Origin: Paludibacteraceae bacterium
Lineage (GTDB): Bacteria > Bacteroidota > Bacteroidia > Bacteroidales > Paludibacteraceae
Reading direction: 5' to 3'
DNA: 64,000 nt
NCBI GenBank assembly: GCA_017444065.1
Contig: JAFSXJ010000018.1
Coordinates: 1,778 to 65,777 of the forward strand
In this document: piece by piece, positions 19,975-28,921 of the stretch
Numbering within the stretch: the stretch's first letter is position 1
Layout of the letters: the number at the start of each line of letters is the position of its first letter
The notes under the pieces: model-generated
Database searches by the model: none
What the model was told of the DNA's origin: nothing
What the model saw: the letters and a program-made list of their open reading frames with translations, nothing else
Made by a program: the position numbers and the translations under genes

Positions 19975-22900
19975 TGTATCACAATCTTTACTGCCTGACG
20001 AGTAGCCGGGCGAACGAGGATATATACACCAGGTGTAGTTACAACCGGTCTGTCGTTTGTCACGGACTGCATAATCACGCGCCCCATAACATCCAACAAC
20101 ATCCATTCGCCATCATCCGCAATGGTTACATCTTCAACGCCAGCCAAGCCTCCATTATATACAATCGGGCAAGCCGTAACCGTTACCCCATCTGTAGAGC
20201 GCGTAAGGACGGCAACATATTGTGCACCCAAATCCTCTTCTCCGACAACGAGGTACGACTCATTGGCGCCACGTATCAATTGGCCATTTCGATACCACTG
20301 ATACCCATTAAACTCATACCCTCCATTATATTTGTCGTTCAGCAGCGCAATTATACCATCTTTTTGTGCGATGATGGATGCCGGATAATTTACCACAACA
20401 ACCACCGGCACGTCTGGCACTGGGCAACGCGGCGTGCCCAGTTGTAGTATGGCAGGATAATAGCCCGGAGTCACATTTTCCGGCAAGTCTACCCGCACCT
20501 CATCATCTGCGCCGAAAGCATAGACTGAATCAAAGCCCGCACTACTTGCAGATGCATCAAACAATAAGTGAATACTATCCAAACGCCCTTGAACAACTTG
20601 CAATGGTAATACAACCGCAGTTTGGTCTCCACATACGGCAAATGTGTCAGCCAATTCAATGATAACTCTGGGCTCCACGTTCAGCGTTAGCGTAACTATA
20701 CTATCCAATCCCCATTGGTTAGTCAGGATAACCGTATAAGTTCCTGATTCGGTAAATGTCTTGCCGCCAACCTCATACGCCCCTCCCTGACATAATGAAT
20801 CGGTTTGATCGAAATAGCGCTCGTGGATATACACATGTACCAACTCTTCACATCCGTTGTCAATGTACATCGTATCGAACTGATATGGATTCCAATATAC
20901 CTTACCGTCATATACCGAGCCGACAGACAAATGCACCTCTCGTTCAGGCAGGCCAACATCAGCCAGCTCTATACGGATTTGTTTTGTTGCAAAACAAGTT
21001 GTATCCCTTCCATTCAGATAAGCGTACAATGTAGCCACATATACGCCACCTGTATCCGGATAGATATGCGATACATACTCTTCATCAAGGGCAGACTGTG
21101 TACCATCGCCAAAATCCCATAACACGTGATCTACTCCTTCGCTACGCGTGAATGTCCGTTCTGAAACTTGATTCTTATAGTACACGCACGACGTGTTGTG
21201 GAAAGTCACCTCATTCTGACATTGCACTACACGCGATGTTGCTTCAGCCTCAGCCACGGGGAAACGCGGAATGCCGCAAGCCTCCATGGTGTAATAGCAA
21301 TTGCCATTCGACTTGGAGATAACATCCACATGATAGGTGGCCGTATCCATCGGCTCAATGGTAAAGGTCTGGTTACGTGAAAGGATTGTACCAGGTTTCG
21401 ACGGCAAATACCAAGCATAATTGAACCCTGATGGAGCGGTAAAAGTAGTTGTCGGATTATCTTCTCCGCAGTTCTGGCCGGACATCTCGCCCGATTCGCA
21501 ATCAAGTGTAAAATAGGCATAAGCTCCGTGTGCCGACATCTTACAACCGGTTATCATCAGACGCACCGTAATAGTCTGCCCCACATAGTCACGCAGGTTG
21601 ACGGCCATCTCGGTCCAGTCTTTCCAAGTAATAGTTTCACTATTATATTGGGTACTCTTCCAACCTGAATTAGCAGCACCGGCAACAAAATCTGCCAAAC
21701 CGCAATTGTGCTCCAATGCACGACCGTTAGCCAACACTTCCAGTTTAAAGGTCGGGTTGTCCTGCGGCTCATGAGGTGCCGGAAGCACAACGGCATATCG
21801 AATCTTCAGAATTGCCTTGTCACCGGTCGGCACATGATATTTATACTCGCATGCTGCGCCAAAAGTAGGTGCATAGCGCCCTAGACGAACAGATGCTATC
21901 GCATCCTCCGGCTTAGTTAGCAATGTGCCATCCGTATAAGGGTCACGCTCACCCGGCACATAATGCAATGTGTGTAGTGAGTTGTCGTAATCCGCATAAC
22001 CGAAATCCACCACTTGCGGACTACCCAGAGGTACATCTTTTGTGCCGACGCGACACGTTTGGGTACTCAAGTCCATATAATCGATGCAACGTACACCTTT
22101 ATGGAACATAAAGAAACTATATTTCACATATTGCCCGACGCCCTCTTCATTCGTGCAATGCGAGCGAACATATACATCATGGAATCCTTCCGACAAATTG
22201 TACAATGTTACACGCGGCAGACGCAAGTCTGATTCTGCACGCCACTGCCCGGTCTGATAATCATACGACCGCACATCAAACACCGATGCGCCATTCTTGC
22301 TCCATTCAATTGTGGCACTGGCATCCTTATTTATCTTATGCTTAAAGTTGGATGGCAACGGGCAACTTCCCTTGGTCACAATCTCTATATTGTCAATGCA
22401 AGCCGATGGTAGCGCTGCACTGCCACGCGTGCTGAACCATACGAAAACCAGTTTACGGGTTTGCTCCTCCTGCAATGAGAGTTCTATATGCCCTAAATCC
22501 CACGAAGAGGCGCCATGGAAGCAATCTGCTAATACATAATCTTCCTCCTTTGCCCAATTGGGTAGGTCGGCAGTAGCTTTATTGGAGTTGGTTACAACAT
22601 CTGTAGGCACCCACAGGATATAGAATCCTTCTTCGCCCGACCGTTTGCCGTTGCAACGCCAATCGAAGAAGAAATCGTATTCTCCGGCAGGTATCGTTAA
22701 TTCACGATAGGAAACAACAAACATCGTCTGCTCTGCCGAGTACGTCGCATCGTTTCCGTCAGTGGATATATACAAACCATATTCGGCATCCGGAGCATGA
22801 TTACCAGGCGCACCAATATACCATTTGTTGATGCAACTTGCACCCTGTTTGCCCACATTCAACATCCACTGAGCGCGCTCTGCTTCATCCTCAAAGTCAC

Positions 22901-22976
22901 ATTGATACACAATTTGTGCAACCGCCGGTACAGACAGCAGAATAAGCAATGCTATGTATAAATACTTTCGCAACAT
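19971..22976 (-). CDS. T9SS-sorted multidomain surface protein (about 1001 aa), paralogue of 24786-27968
   Basis: The ORF starts at TTG 22982; the likely ATG is at 22976 (MLRKYLYIALLILLSVPAVAQ). N-terminal jelly-roll-like domain, FN3, a central domain ending YAYFTLDCESGEM, a PKD-like segment (WDFGDGTQ), Cys modules (CQGGAYEV...LDSIVTLTLNV), and a C-terminal sorting-like tail (GVYILVRPATRQAVKIVIQ). Confidence 0.85.
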   Translation of the reverse strand: MLRKYLYIALLILLSVPAVAQIVYQCDFEDEAERAQWMLNVGKQGASCINKWYIGAPGNHAPDAEYGLYISTDGNDATYSAEQTMFVVSYRELTIPAGEYDFFFDWRCNGKRSGEEGFYILWVPTDVVTNSNKATADLPNWAKEEDYVLADCFHGASSWDLGHIELSLQEEQTRKLVFVWFSTRGSAALPSACIDNIEIVTKGSCPLPSNFKHKINKDASATIEWSKNGASVFDVRSYDYQTGQWRAESDLRLPRVTLYNLSEGFHDVYVRSHCTNEEGVGQYVKYSFFMFHKGVRCIDYMDLSTQTCRVGTKDVPLGSPQVVDFGYADYDNSLHTLHYVPGERDPYTDGTLLTKPEDAIASVRLGRYAPTFGAACEYKYHVPTGDKAILKIRYAVVLPAPHEPQDNPTFKLEVLANGRALEHNCGLADFVAGAANSGWKSTQYNSETITWKDWTEMAVNLRDYVGQTITVRLMITGCKMSAHGAYAYFTLDCESGEMSGQNCGEDNPTTTFTAPSGFNYAWYLPSKPGTILSRNQTFTIEPMDTATYHVDVISKSNGNCYYTMEACGIPRFPVAEAEATSRVVQCQNEVTFHNTSCVYYKNQVSERTFTRSEGVDHVLWDFGDGTQSALDEEYVSHIYPDTGGVYVATLYAYLNGRDTTCFATKQIRIELADVGLPEREVHLSVGSVYDGKVYWNPYQFDTMYIDNGCEELVHVYIHERYFDQTDSLCQGGAYEVGGKTFTESGTYTVILTNQWGLDSIVTLTLNVEPRVIIELADTFAVCGDQTAVVLPLQVVQGRLDSIHLLFDASASSAGFDSVYAFGADDEVRVDLPENVTPGYYPAILQLGTPRCPVPDVPVVVVVNYPASIIAQKDGIIALLNDKYNGGYEFNGYQWYRNGQLIRGANESYLVVGEEDLGAQYVAVLTRSTDGVTVTACPIVYNGGLAGVEDVTIADDGEWMLLDVMGRVIMQSVTNDRPVVTTPGVYILVRPATRQAVKIVIQ

Positions 22977-22983
22977 TTCCAAT

Positions 22984-24783
22984 TTACAATATTACAAACT
23001 CTACACGGCGGTTTTGTGCACGACCTTCCTCTGTGTCGTTGGTAGCGATAGGTTCGGTCTTACCCTTGCCTTCCGCCTCGATGCGGTCAGCCTTTATACC
23101 ACGGCGTATCAGGTCGTCACGCACGCTGTTGGCACGTTGCTCTGACAGGCTTTGGTTGAAGCGGTCGGTACCCACGTTGTCGGTATGACCGGTAATCTTG
23201 ATACGCATTTCAGGATACTCGACGAGCAAGTTGTACAGGTTCTGCAGTTCCGGCTCGGACTCCGGCAGGATGATTGCTCTGTTCGTAGCAAAGAACAAGT
23301 TGCGCAGTACGATCGGCTTCTTCTTGATAATAGGCTCCAAGCGATAGGTCACCTCACCGCCGATATCCGCTATCTTCTCGGTAACGGTAATATGATCCGT
23401 TGCCTTGATGCGGATACTAATCGGCAAGTTGATCGGCAAGTGCTGCTGCGCATAGCCTGTTATCGAATCGGTTCTGACGGTAGCAATCGTCTTCTTCTCC
23501 GCCGTGTTGGTGAACGTCACTTCAGCTGCCAATAGCGAGTCTGTCTTGGCGTCGCGCACATAGAAGCGGAAATCCGGACGCGGCGTCAGGCGCAGCGACA
23601 TAGTATCACCCCATTCGCCATGCTCCATCGATGCATCCGAAGCTATATAATCCGGATGCGTAACGTGCAGGTCGTACGAACCGGCATTCATCTTCGCCAC
23701 CATCGCGCCCTTGGCATTCGTAGCACGGCGGATAGTGCGGGGTTTCTTAGCATCGGTCTGCGTCATCGCCACAGTAGCCGAAGCTATACCCTTATCCGTA
23801 TTCTCATCACGTACAAATACCACCATTGTCGGCTTGGCCGGCTTGGGTTGCTGGGGTTTGTTCATCTGCAGCAAGGCGGTGAACTTCACGCCGACCAACA
23901 AACTGTTCAACCCGCCATTAGCCCAATACGAGGTGTGCAGCGAACGACTGGATATGCCATTCTCATCCACAATAGCCATCGGACCTTCCTGCGGCTGTCC
24001 CATACTGAGTATGCCATAGTCGGCAAACACCGCGGCACGTATATGAAGCGGGTACTTGCGAGCATTGTTGCGGTCATTCCAGTCCTTGCTCATCAAGCCG
24101 TTGATATTCACTCCCACCTCGGCACTGACTGCCACATCCAGACCGTAGCCTACCTTACCCTTTTGGGTGTATGGCGCATCGGTGACCGTACCGTGACTTA
24201 TATCGTGCCAATTGGGATCCTGTGCATCATTATCCGTGATGGTTGTCGTATAGGTGCCCTTCTGGCTGTAGGTGCCCAGTACCGTGTATCCGGCTTTCGC
24301 TCCAGCCAGAAAGTACCACGTATCCCATCGTCCACCCAACATGAGCGGGACCATTGCCTGCCCTACCACATGATTCTCGCGGAACGGACTACCGAACGTG
24401 TAGTTCATCGTCTGATTGTAACCATCCGCCATCAATGCCACATGGTAAGCCGAAGGGAATGTTACCTTATCCATCGAACTGAAGAGACGGAACTCTGCAC
24501 CGGCATCCAAGATGAAATGGTCGTAACGGTATTCATATCCCACACCCAGCAGGCCACCACCGCCTCCGGCAAACTTGTTATACTCGTAGGAGTTAACCAA
24601 ACCGCTATAGCTAGCACCGCCCCAGAAAGCTACGTGGTGGATGTTACGCGTGGCGCCTTTCCATGTCTTGGCAGAAGACGTTTTACTGCCCGACGATTTC
24701 TTTGCCGGTGCTGCTGTAAGCGTTTGGCTAAACAGCAAGCATATACCAAGTATGTAACAGATACTCCTCTTCATGCTCATCAT
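22984..24783 (-). CDS. OmpA-family outer-membrane protein: N-terminal beta-barrel, carboxypeptidase-regulatory-like domains, C-terminal OmpA peptidoglycan-binding domain
   Basis: Signal peptide. The barrel region is paralogous to 19048-19974 (GGGGG loop, AEVGVNI). Ig-like segments (VRDENTDKGIASATV..., FYVRDAKTDSLLAAEV). OmpA_C motifs (NLFFATNRAIIL, TGHTDNVGTDRFNQSLSEQRA, NRRVEFVIL). Alternative ATGs at 24780 and 24774. Confidence 0.85.
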   Translation of the reverse strand: MMSMKRSICYILGICLLFSQTLTAAPAKKSSGSKTSSAKTWKGATRNIHHVAFWGGASYSGLVNSYEYNKFAGGGGGLLGVGYEYRYDHFILDAGAEFRLFSSMDKVTFPSAYHVALMADGYNQTMNYTFGSPFRENHVVGQAMVPLMLGGRWDTWYFLAGAKAGYTVLGTYSQKGTYTTTITDNDAQDPNWHDISHGTVTDAPYTQKGKVGYGLDVAVSAEVGVNINGLMSKDWNDRNNARKYPLHIRAAVFADYGILSMGQPQEGPMAIVDENGISSRSLHTSYWANGGLNSLLVGVKFTALLQMNKPQQPKPAKPTMVVFVRDENTDKGIASATVAMTQTDAKKPRTIRRATNAKGAMVAKMNAGSYDLHVTHPDYIASDASMEHGEWGDTMSLRLTPRPDFRFYVRDAKTDSLLAAEVTFTNTAEKKTIATVRTDSITGYAQQHLPINLPISIRIKATDHITVTEKIADIGGEVTYRLEPIIKKKPIVLRNLFFATNRAIILPESEPELQNLYNLLVEYPEMRIKITGHTDNVGTDRFNQSLSEQRANSVRDDLIRRGIKADRIEAEGKGKTEPIATNDTEEGRAQNRRVEFVIL

Positions 24784-24785
24784 CC

Positions 24786-27700
24786 CTAATCTATTACACC
24801 TACACGGCAGACACGCGTCTCGCCTCCAATTGTTACTTGCACGACATATAACCCAGCCGGCACATTCATCACGACTTCGTTTGCCCCTTCTTTCAGGTCG
24901 ATGGTTGTCACCACATCGCCAAAGGTATTCACGATGGTTGCCGTAGCCGGAGCACTAACCATAATCGTCAGCTTGCCGCCCGATTGAACGGGTGAGGGGT
25001 AAACATACACGACTACTCTATCCTCTTCGCGAACAGGGCGGAACGGACATGTTACCACCGTCTCACCGTTATGCACACGAGTCATCTCAAGATGATACGT
25101 AGCCTCCGGGTCTAAACCTTGGGCTTCATACAAGTATGATAACGTTGCCCCTTCGATAGGCTCGTTATCCTTAAACCATTGGTAGTTCTCGAATATATGG
25201 GTAACAGAATCGGTCTCCAATGCACTGAAGTTCTTAAGCGAAAGCACATCATCCCAACGCTGATATACCCAACCCGGCATACATACACTTACTTGCGCCT
25301 CACGCAACACTGAGCAACCAAAGTCATTGAAGAACTCCAACTCAAAGGAGCCGCCATTCAAGCCTGTTATCGAATCAGCAGTTTGTGGATAACCTCCGTT
25401 AACGGTGTAATAATCAAACCCTTCTCCATCGATATAGATAGCACCGGAACTTGGATTGTCATCCATCTCGCGGACACGCACTTCAGGCTTGATTGAATCC
25501 AGCACGGTTACATTCCACTTGCAGACCGAATCGCAATCATATATATTTTTGTAGAACACAGGGAATACATCAGAGTATGAGTATTTGTACCTTTGACCGT
25601 CAATAATTAACGGTGTTTCAGCACAGACTATTGTATCCCCTACAAATCCCTCATAGACAGGGTTGACTGTCAGATTCAAAGACACAATACTATCGCAGCC
25701 GGCAATAGTCTTCAAACTATCCGTATACACGCCGGTCATTCCTGCATAATAACGGCCGAATACAACATACTCACCATCGCATATTGAGCCGTTGACAGTA
25801 ATACTTGTATCACCAATCGCAGGTATATCAATATAGCCTGTTATCTCATCGGAACAACGGCCTTCTGCTATTGAAGAAACCAATTTTACAGGGAAGCGGC
25901 CGCCCTCCAACGGATACGTCACAACAGGATTCTTATCTGCACCGACTTGACCATTGCCAAAGTCCCACTCATACTCATCGCACGGCTGATCGTAGTGATA
26001 CTCTACCACATCATTGTACTTGGTCATGATGTGGCTTTTATTCTTGAACTTTACCCTGTTCCTACAATCCGAAGGCGCATATTCCCAATCAAACGCAGCA
26101 ATCGGGAAACGTGGACGAGCAGACGAATAGAGGTCAAAACCGCAAGACTCTTCCTCCAAATATGTCAGGTGGCAACGATAAGTGGATGTATCTGATGCCG
26201 CAACCAACAGCGTCTGACCATTATTGGCCAGCCGGGTCTCAGGCACCACATTATTCGCCGAGTCAAACCATTGATACGCAAAGCCATCCGGTGCAGCTAT
26301 TGACATCTCTGCATCATCGCCACAACTTGTTCCGACAATGCGCGCAGCAGCGCAATCAAGCGTAAAGTAAGCGTAGCCATAGTGACCGCCCCAATCACAG
26401 TCGTACGTTGTAAGACGAACCGTAAGGGTATCACCGTTCCAATCTTTACCATCCTCTGTTTCTCCAAGATTCAAGCCAATGGTTGTCCAGTCCTTCCAAG
26501 TTACCATATTGTAACCGCTACCCTCCGTATGCCATCCTTCACGCATTGCATCTGCATAAAAATCCGCAAAGCCGCAAGTCGGGCTGATTAGTTCACCATC
26601 ACTGCCAATGATTTCCAAAGTAAAACGAGGCTGATCTTTCAATGTATGTTGCGGATCTTCCATCACCACAGCGTAGCGAACGAGCAAAATTGCAGCATTC
26701 TCAGTATCAACAGCATACTTGAATGACAAGCTTTCAGCTTGCGCCCCTACATTCCAGTTGCCCAAACGGACGGAAGCTAATGCGCCTTCCGGAACCATTA
26801 GCAACTTACCACGAGTACGAGGATCAGTCACATCCGGCTCCCAATTGACCACATGACGAGAGTACTTGTCATCGTTGCCATAATCAATAACCCCCACACT
26901 TTCATACGGATTGGCATATGTGCCATAGGTAGCCAGTACATTCGGGTTGTTCTCAAGATGTACATAATCGATGCAATGACGGTCGGGATAATAAACCGCG
27001 AATGAGTTCAAATATGTATAAGCACTATAGTTTGCTCCGTTATCATCATAGCAAACGCCCCGCACTCGTATATCATACGCGCCTTCCTCGACACCTTCAA
27101 TGATGAAGGTCTTGTCTTCCACTCCGGATTGAACCTGCCACTTATTGCGGCCATATTTACGATACTCAACAATATACTCCTCACTACCACCTTCCCATTT
27201 CACAATAACAGAATCACCGATTATATCTGCGGAGACGGAGCGAGGTTTGGAACACACCCTGGTAGTAATCTGAATATTATCCACGCAAGCTCCTATCGCC
27301 GACATTGTTGTATCGCGATTACTATTCTGCCAAACGAAGAAAAGACGTAATGTGCGGGTTCCATTTGAAGAAAACTGGAAAGACGTATTCTTCCATTTCG
27401 AAACGCCACGCACACGCAAAAGCCCCTTACCCTCCTGAGAAACATACGTCATTAGGTTTTCGGGCATCAAAGTCGTAGGACCACCTACCATTTCAGCCGC
27501 CGTCGAAGGGCAGACTCCGGCCGACAGTATGGCATCCGGCGCACCTATGCATCGGAAATCAAAGGTGCAATCATACTGCCCGGCAGGCAGAGTAAATTCA
27601 CGGTAGAGATACTGCATATTTGTGGTTGTGGCAAAGTTAGCATCTTCACCACCATTCGTGGAGATATACGCAGAACGCTTACCATCACTATGCGTTGCTT

Positions 27701-27968
27701 TTCCAACCACCCATTGGTCTTTCAACTGGTCTGTACCCTCTCCGGGATTGAATACCCAGTTAGCCAACTCCGCCGACTCCGACTCTTCAAAACTGAATGC
27801 ATACGGAACGCTAATGGCTGTTTGACCATACACGGATATACAAAAAAAGGACAGACATGCCACCAGCACAGCACAAGCGCTGCGGCGTGAACGCAGAAAT
27901 TGTCCTCTATGTAACTCGATATTTTGCATTATTTTATTCATCACTAAAAAAGCCATACTAATACTCAT
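24786..27968 (-). CDS. T9SS-sorted multidomain surface protein (1060 aa), first gene of the operon
   Basis: Signal peptide ending FFCISVYGQ; several in-frame ATGs (27968, 27956, 27941, 27929) leave the start uncertain. Same architecture as 19971-22976: central domain ending YAYFTLDCAAARI, PKD-like WDFGNGQ, Cys modules CDGEYVVF...GCDSIVSLNLTV. Type-A-like CTD: VYPSPVQSGGKLTI...GLYVVQVTIGGETRVCRVGVID. Confidence 0.85.
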   Translation of the reverse strand: MSISMAFLVMNKIMQNIELHRGQFLRSRRSACAVLVACLSFFCISVYGQTAISVPYAFSFEESESAELANWVFNPGEGTDQLKDQWVVGKATHSDGKRSAYISTNGGEDANFATTTNMQYLYREFTLPAGQYDCTFDFRCIGAPDAILSAGVCPSTAAEMVGGPTTLMPENLMTYVSQEGKGLLRVRGVSKWKNTSFQFSSNGTRTLRLFFVWQNSNRDTTMSAIGACVDNIQITTRVCSKPRSVSADIIGDSVIVKWEGGSEEYIVEYRKYGRNKWQVQSGVEDKTFIIEGVEEGAYDIRVRGVCYDDNGANYSAYTYLNSFAVYYPDRHCIDYVHLENNPNVLATYGTYANPYESVGVIDYGNDDKYSRHVVNWEPDVTDPRTRGKLLMVPEGALASVRLGNWNVGAQAESLSFKYAVDTENAAILLVRYAVVMEDPQHTLKDQPRFTLEIIGSDGELISPTCGFADFYADAMREGWHTEGSGYNMVTWKDWTTIGLNLGETEDGKDWNGDTLTVRLTTYDCDWGGHYGYAYFTLDCAAARIVGTSCGDDAEMSIAAPDGFAYQWFDSANNVVPETRLANNGQTLLVAASDTSTYRCHLTYLEEESCGFDLYSSARPRFPIAAFDWEYAPSDCRNRVKFKNKSHIMTKYNDVVEYHYDQPCDEYEWDFGNGQVGADKNPVVTYPLEGGRFPVKLVSSIAEGRCSDEITGYIDIPAIGDTSITVNGSICDGEYVVFGRYYAGMTGVYTDSLKTIAGCDSIVSLNLTVNPVYEGFVGDTIVCAETPLIIDGQRYKYSYSDVFPVFYKNIYDCDSVCKWNVTVLDSIKPEVRVREMDDNPSSGAIYIDGEGFDYYTVNGGYPQTADSITGLNGGSFELEFFNDFGCSVLREAQVSVCMPGWVYQRWDDVLSLKNFSALETDSVTHIFENYQWFKDNEPIEGATLSYLYEAQGLDPEATYHLEMTRVHNGETVVTCPFRPVREEDRVVVYVYPSPVQSGGKLTIMVSAPATATIVNTFGDVVTTIDLKEGANEVVMNVPAGLYVVQVTIGGETRVCRVGVID

Positions 27969-28025
27969 TAGTAAAAGATTTAGGTTAAGGCGACAAAAAC
28001 CGCGGCAAAGTTACGTAAAATTTCC

Positions 28026-28033
28026 CAAAATTA
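28026..28033 (-). promoter_or_regulatory. candidate -7 promoter box (TAATTTTG on the minus strand) for the T9SS-cargo operon
   Basis: Plus strand reads CAAAATTA, whose reverse complement matches TAnnTTTG. About 58 nt upstream of ATG 27968. Confidence 0.3.
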
Positions 28034-28162
28034 CAACTTTTTGACTCCAAAAATCGCGATTTTCATACATTTTATCACACAAACATAGCATTTTATATTC
28101 ATTTTGCGCATGTGCGATGGATGTTTCACGGCAAAATATTTGCATATTTCAATAATTTTTCG

Positions 28163-28170
28163 TACCTTTG
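28163..28170 (+). promoter_or_regulatory. candidate -7 promoter box TACCTTTG immediately upstream of ubiE/menG (very short or absent leader)
   Basis: TAnnTTTG match ending 6 nt before ATG 28177. This argues against the TTG 28168 start in the ORF track. Confidence 0.3.
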
Positions 28171-28176
28171 CAGTCG

Positions 28177-28890
28177 ATGGATAACAAAAAACAACATATC
28201 GGTGAGGAGAAGCAGCATATCGGGCAGTTGTTCGACCGGATAGCGGGGACATACGACGGGTTGAACCACCTGCTGTCGCTGAACATCGACCGTCGGTGGA
28301 GGCGAAAAGCGGTCAAGCTGTTACGGCCGGCGGCGAATGTGCTGGATGTGGCTATCGGGACAGCTGATTTGACGATTGAACTGCTAAAGCAAGGCAAAGC
28401 GAAGCAGATAACGGGCATCGACCTGAGCCGGCAGATGATGGCGATAGGCGAAAAGAAAGCAGCCAAATTTGGCTGCTCTGACAAGATCCGCTTCGACTAC
28501 GGCAGTGCGCAACAGATGCCGTACGCCGACAACTCGTTCGATGCCGTGACCTGCGCCTACGGCGTCAGGAACTTCGCGAATATGGACGAAGGGCTAAAAG
28601 AGATGCACCGCGTGCTGCGAACGGAAGGAGAGCTGATGATACTGGAGTTCTCCTACCCGACTCGTCCGCTTATCCGTTGGGCGTACGACCTGTACTTCTC
28701 GCACATCCTGCCATTTGTGGGCAATCTATTCAGCCGCGACAAAGGCGCGTACTCGTACCTCAACCGTTCGGTGAAGACCTTTCCCTACGGCGAAGCGTTC
28801 TGCCGGCACTTGCAGGAAGCGGGATTCAGGGACATTGCCTGCCAGCCGCTGACATTCGGCATAACGACCATTTATCGGGCGAAGAAGTAG
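28177..28890 (+). CDS. ubiE: demethylmenaquinone methyltransferase (UbiE/MenG family)
   Basis: IGQLFDRIAGTYDGLNHLLSLNIDRRWRR, SAM motif LDVAIGTADL, and YGVRNF. Start set at ATG 28177. Confidence 0.85.
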   Translation: MDNKKQHIGEEKQHIGQLFDRIAGTYDGLNHLLSLNIDRRWRRKAVKLLRPAANVLDVAIGTADLTIELLKQGKAKQITGIDLSRQMMAIGEKKAAKFGCSDKIRFDYGSAQQMPYADNSFDAVTCAYGVRNFANMDEGLKEMHRVLRTEGELMILEFSYPTRPLIRWAYDLYFSHILPFVGNLFSRDKGAYSYLNRSVKTFPYGEAFCRHLQEAGFRDIACQPLTFGITTIYRAKK

Positions 28891-28921
28891 CGCGACAGAG
28901 CAGCCAAGTTCGGCTGCTTTT

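Noticed and set aside
23620-24789. 389-aa plus-strand ORF antisense to the OmpA-family gene. The same applies to 29687-31072 (+), 33976-34992 (-), 36116-37252 (-), 38179-39561 (-), 52544-53509 (-), 60535-61494 (+) and 62320-63333 (+).
   Set aside because: All lie opposite genes with unambiguous family motifs (OmpA, TonB-dependent receptor, lipid kinase, PBP, MurE, YdiJ-like, MutS). All have R/H/V/A/G-rich, motif-free translations, so they are spurious shadow ORFs.
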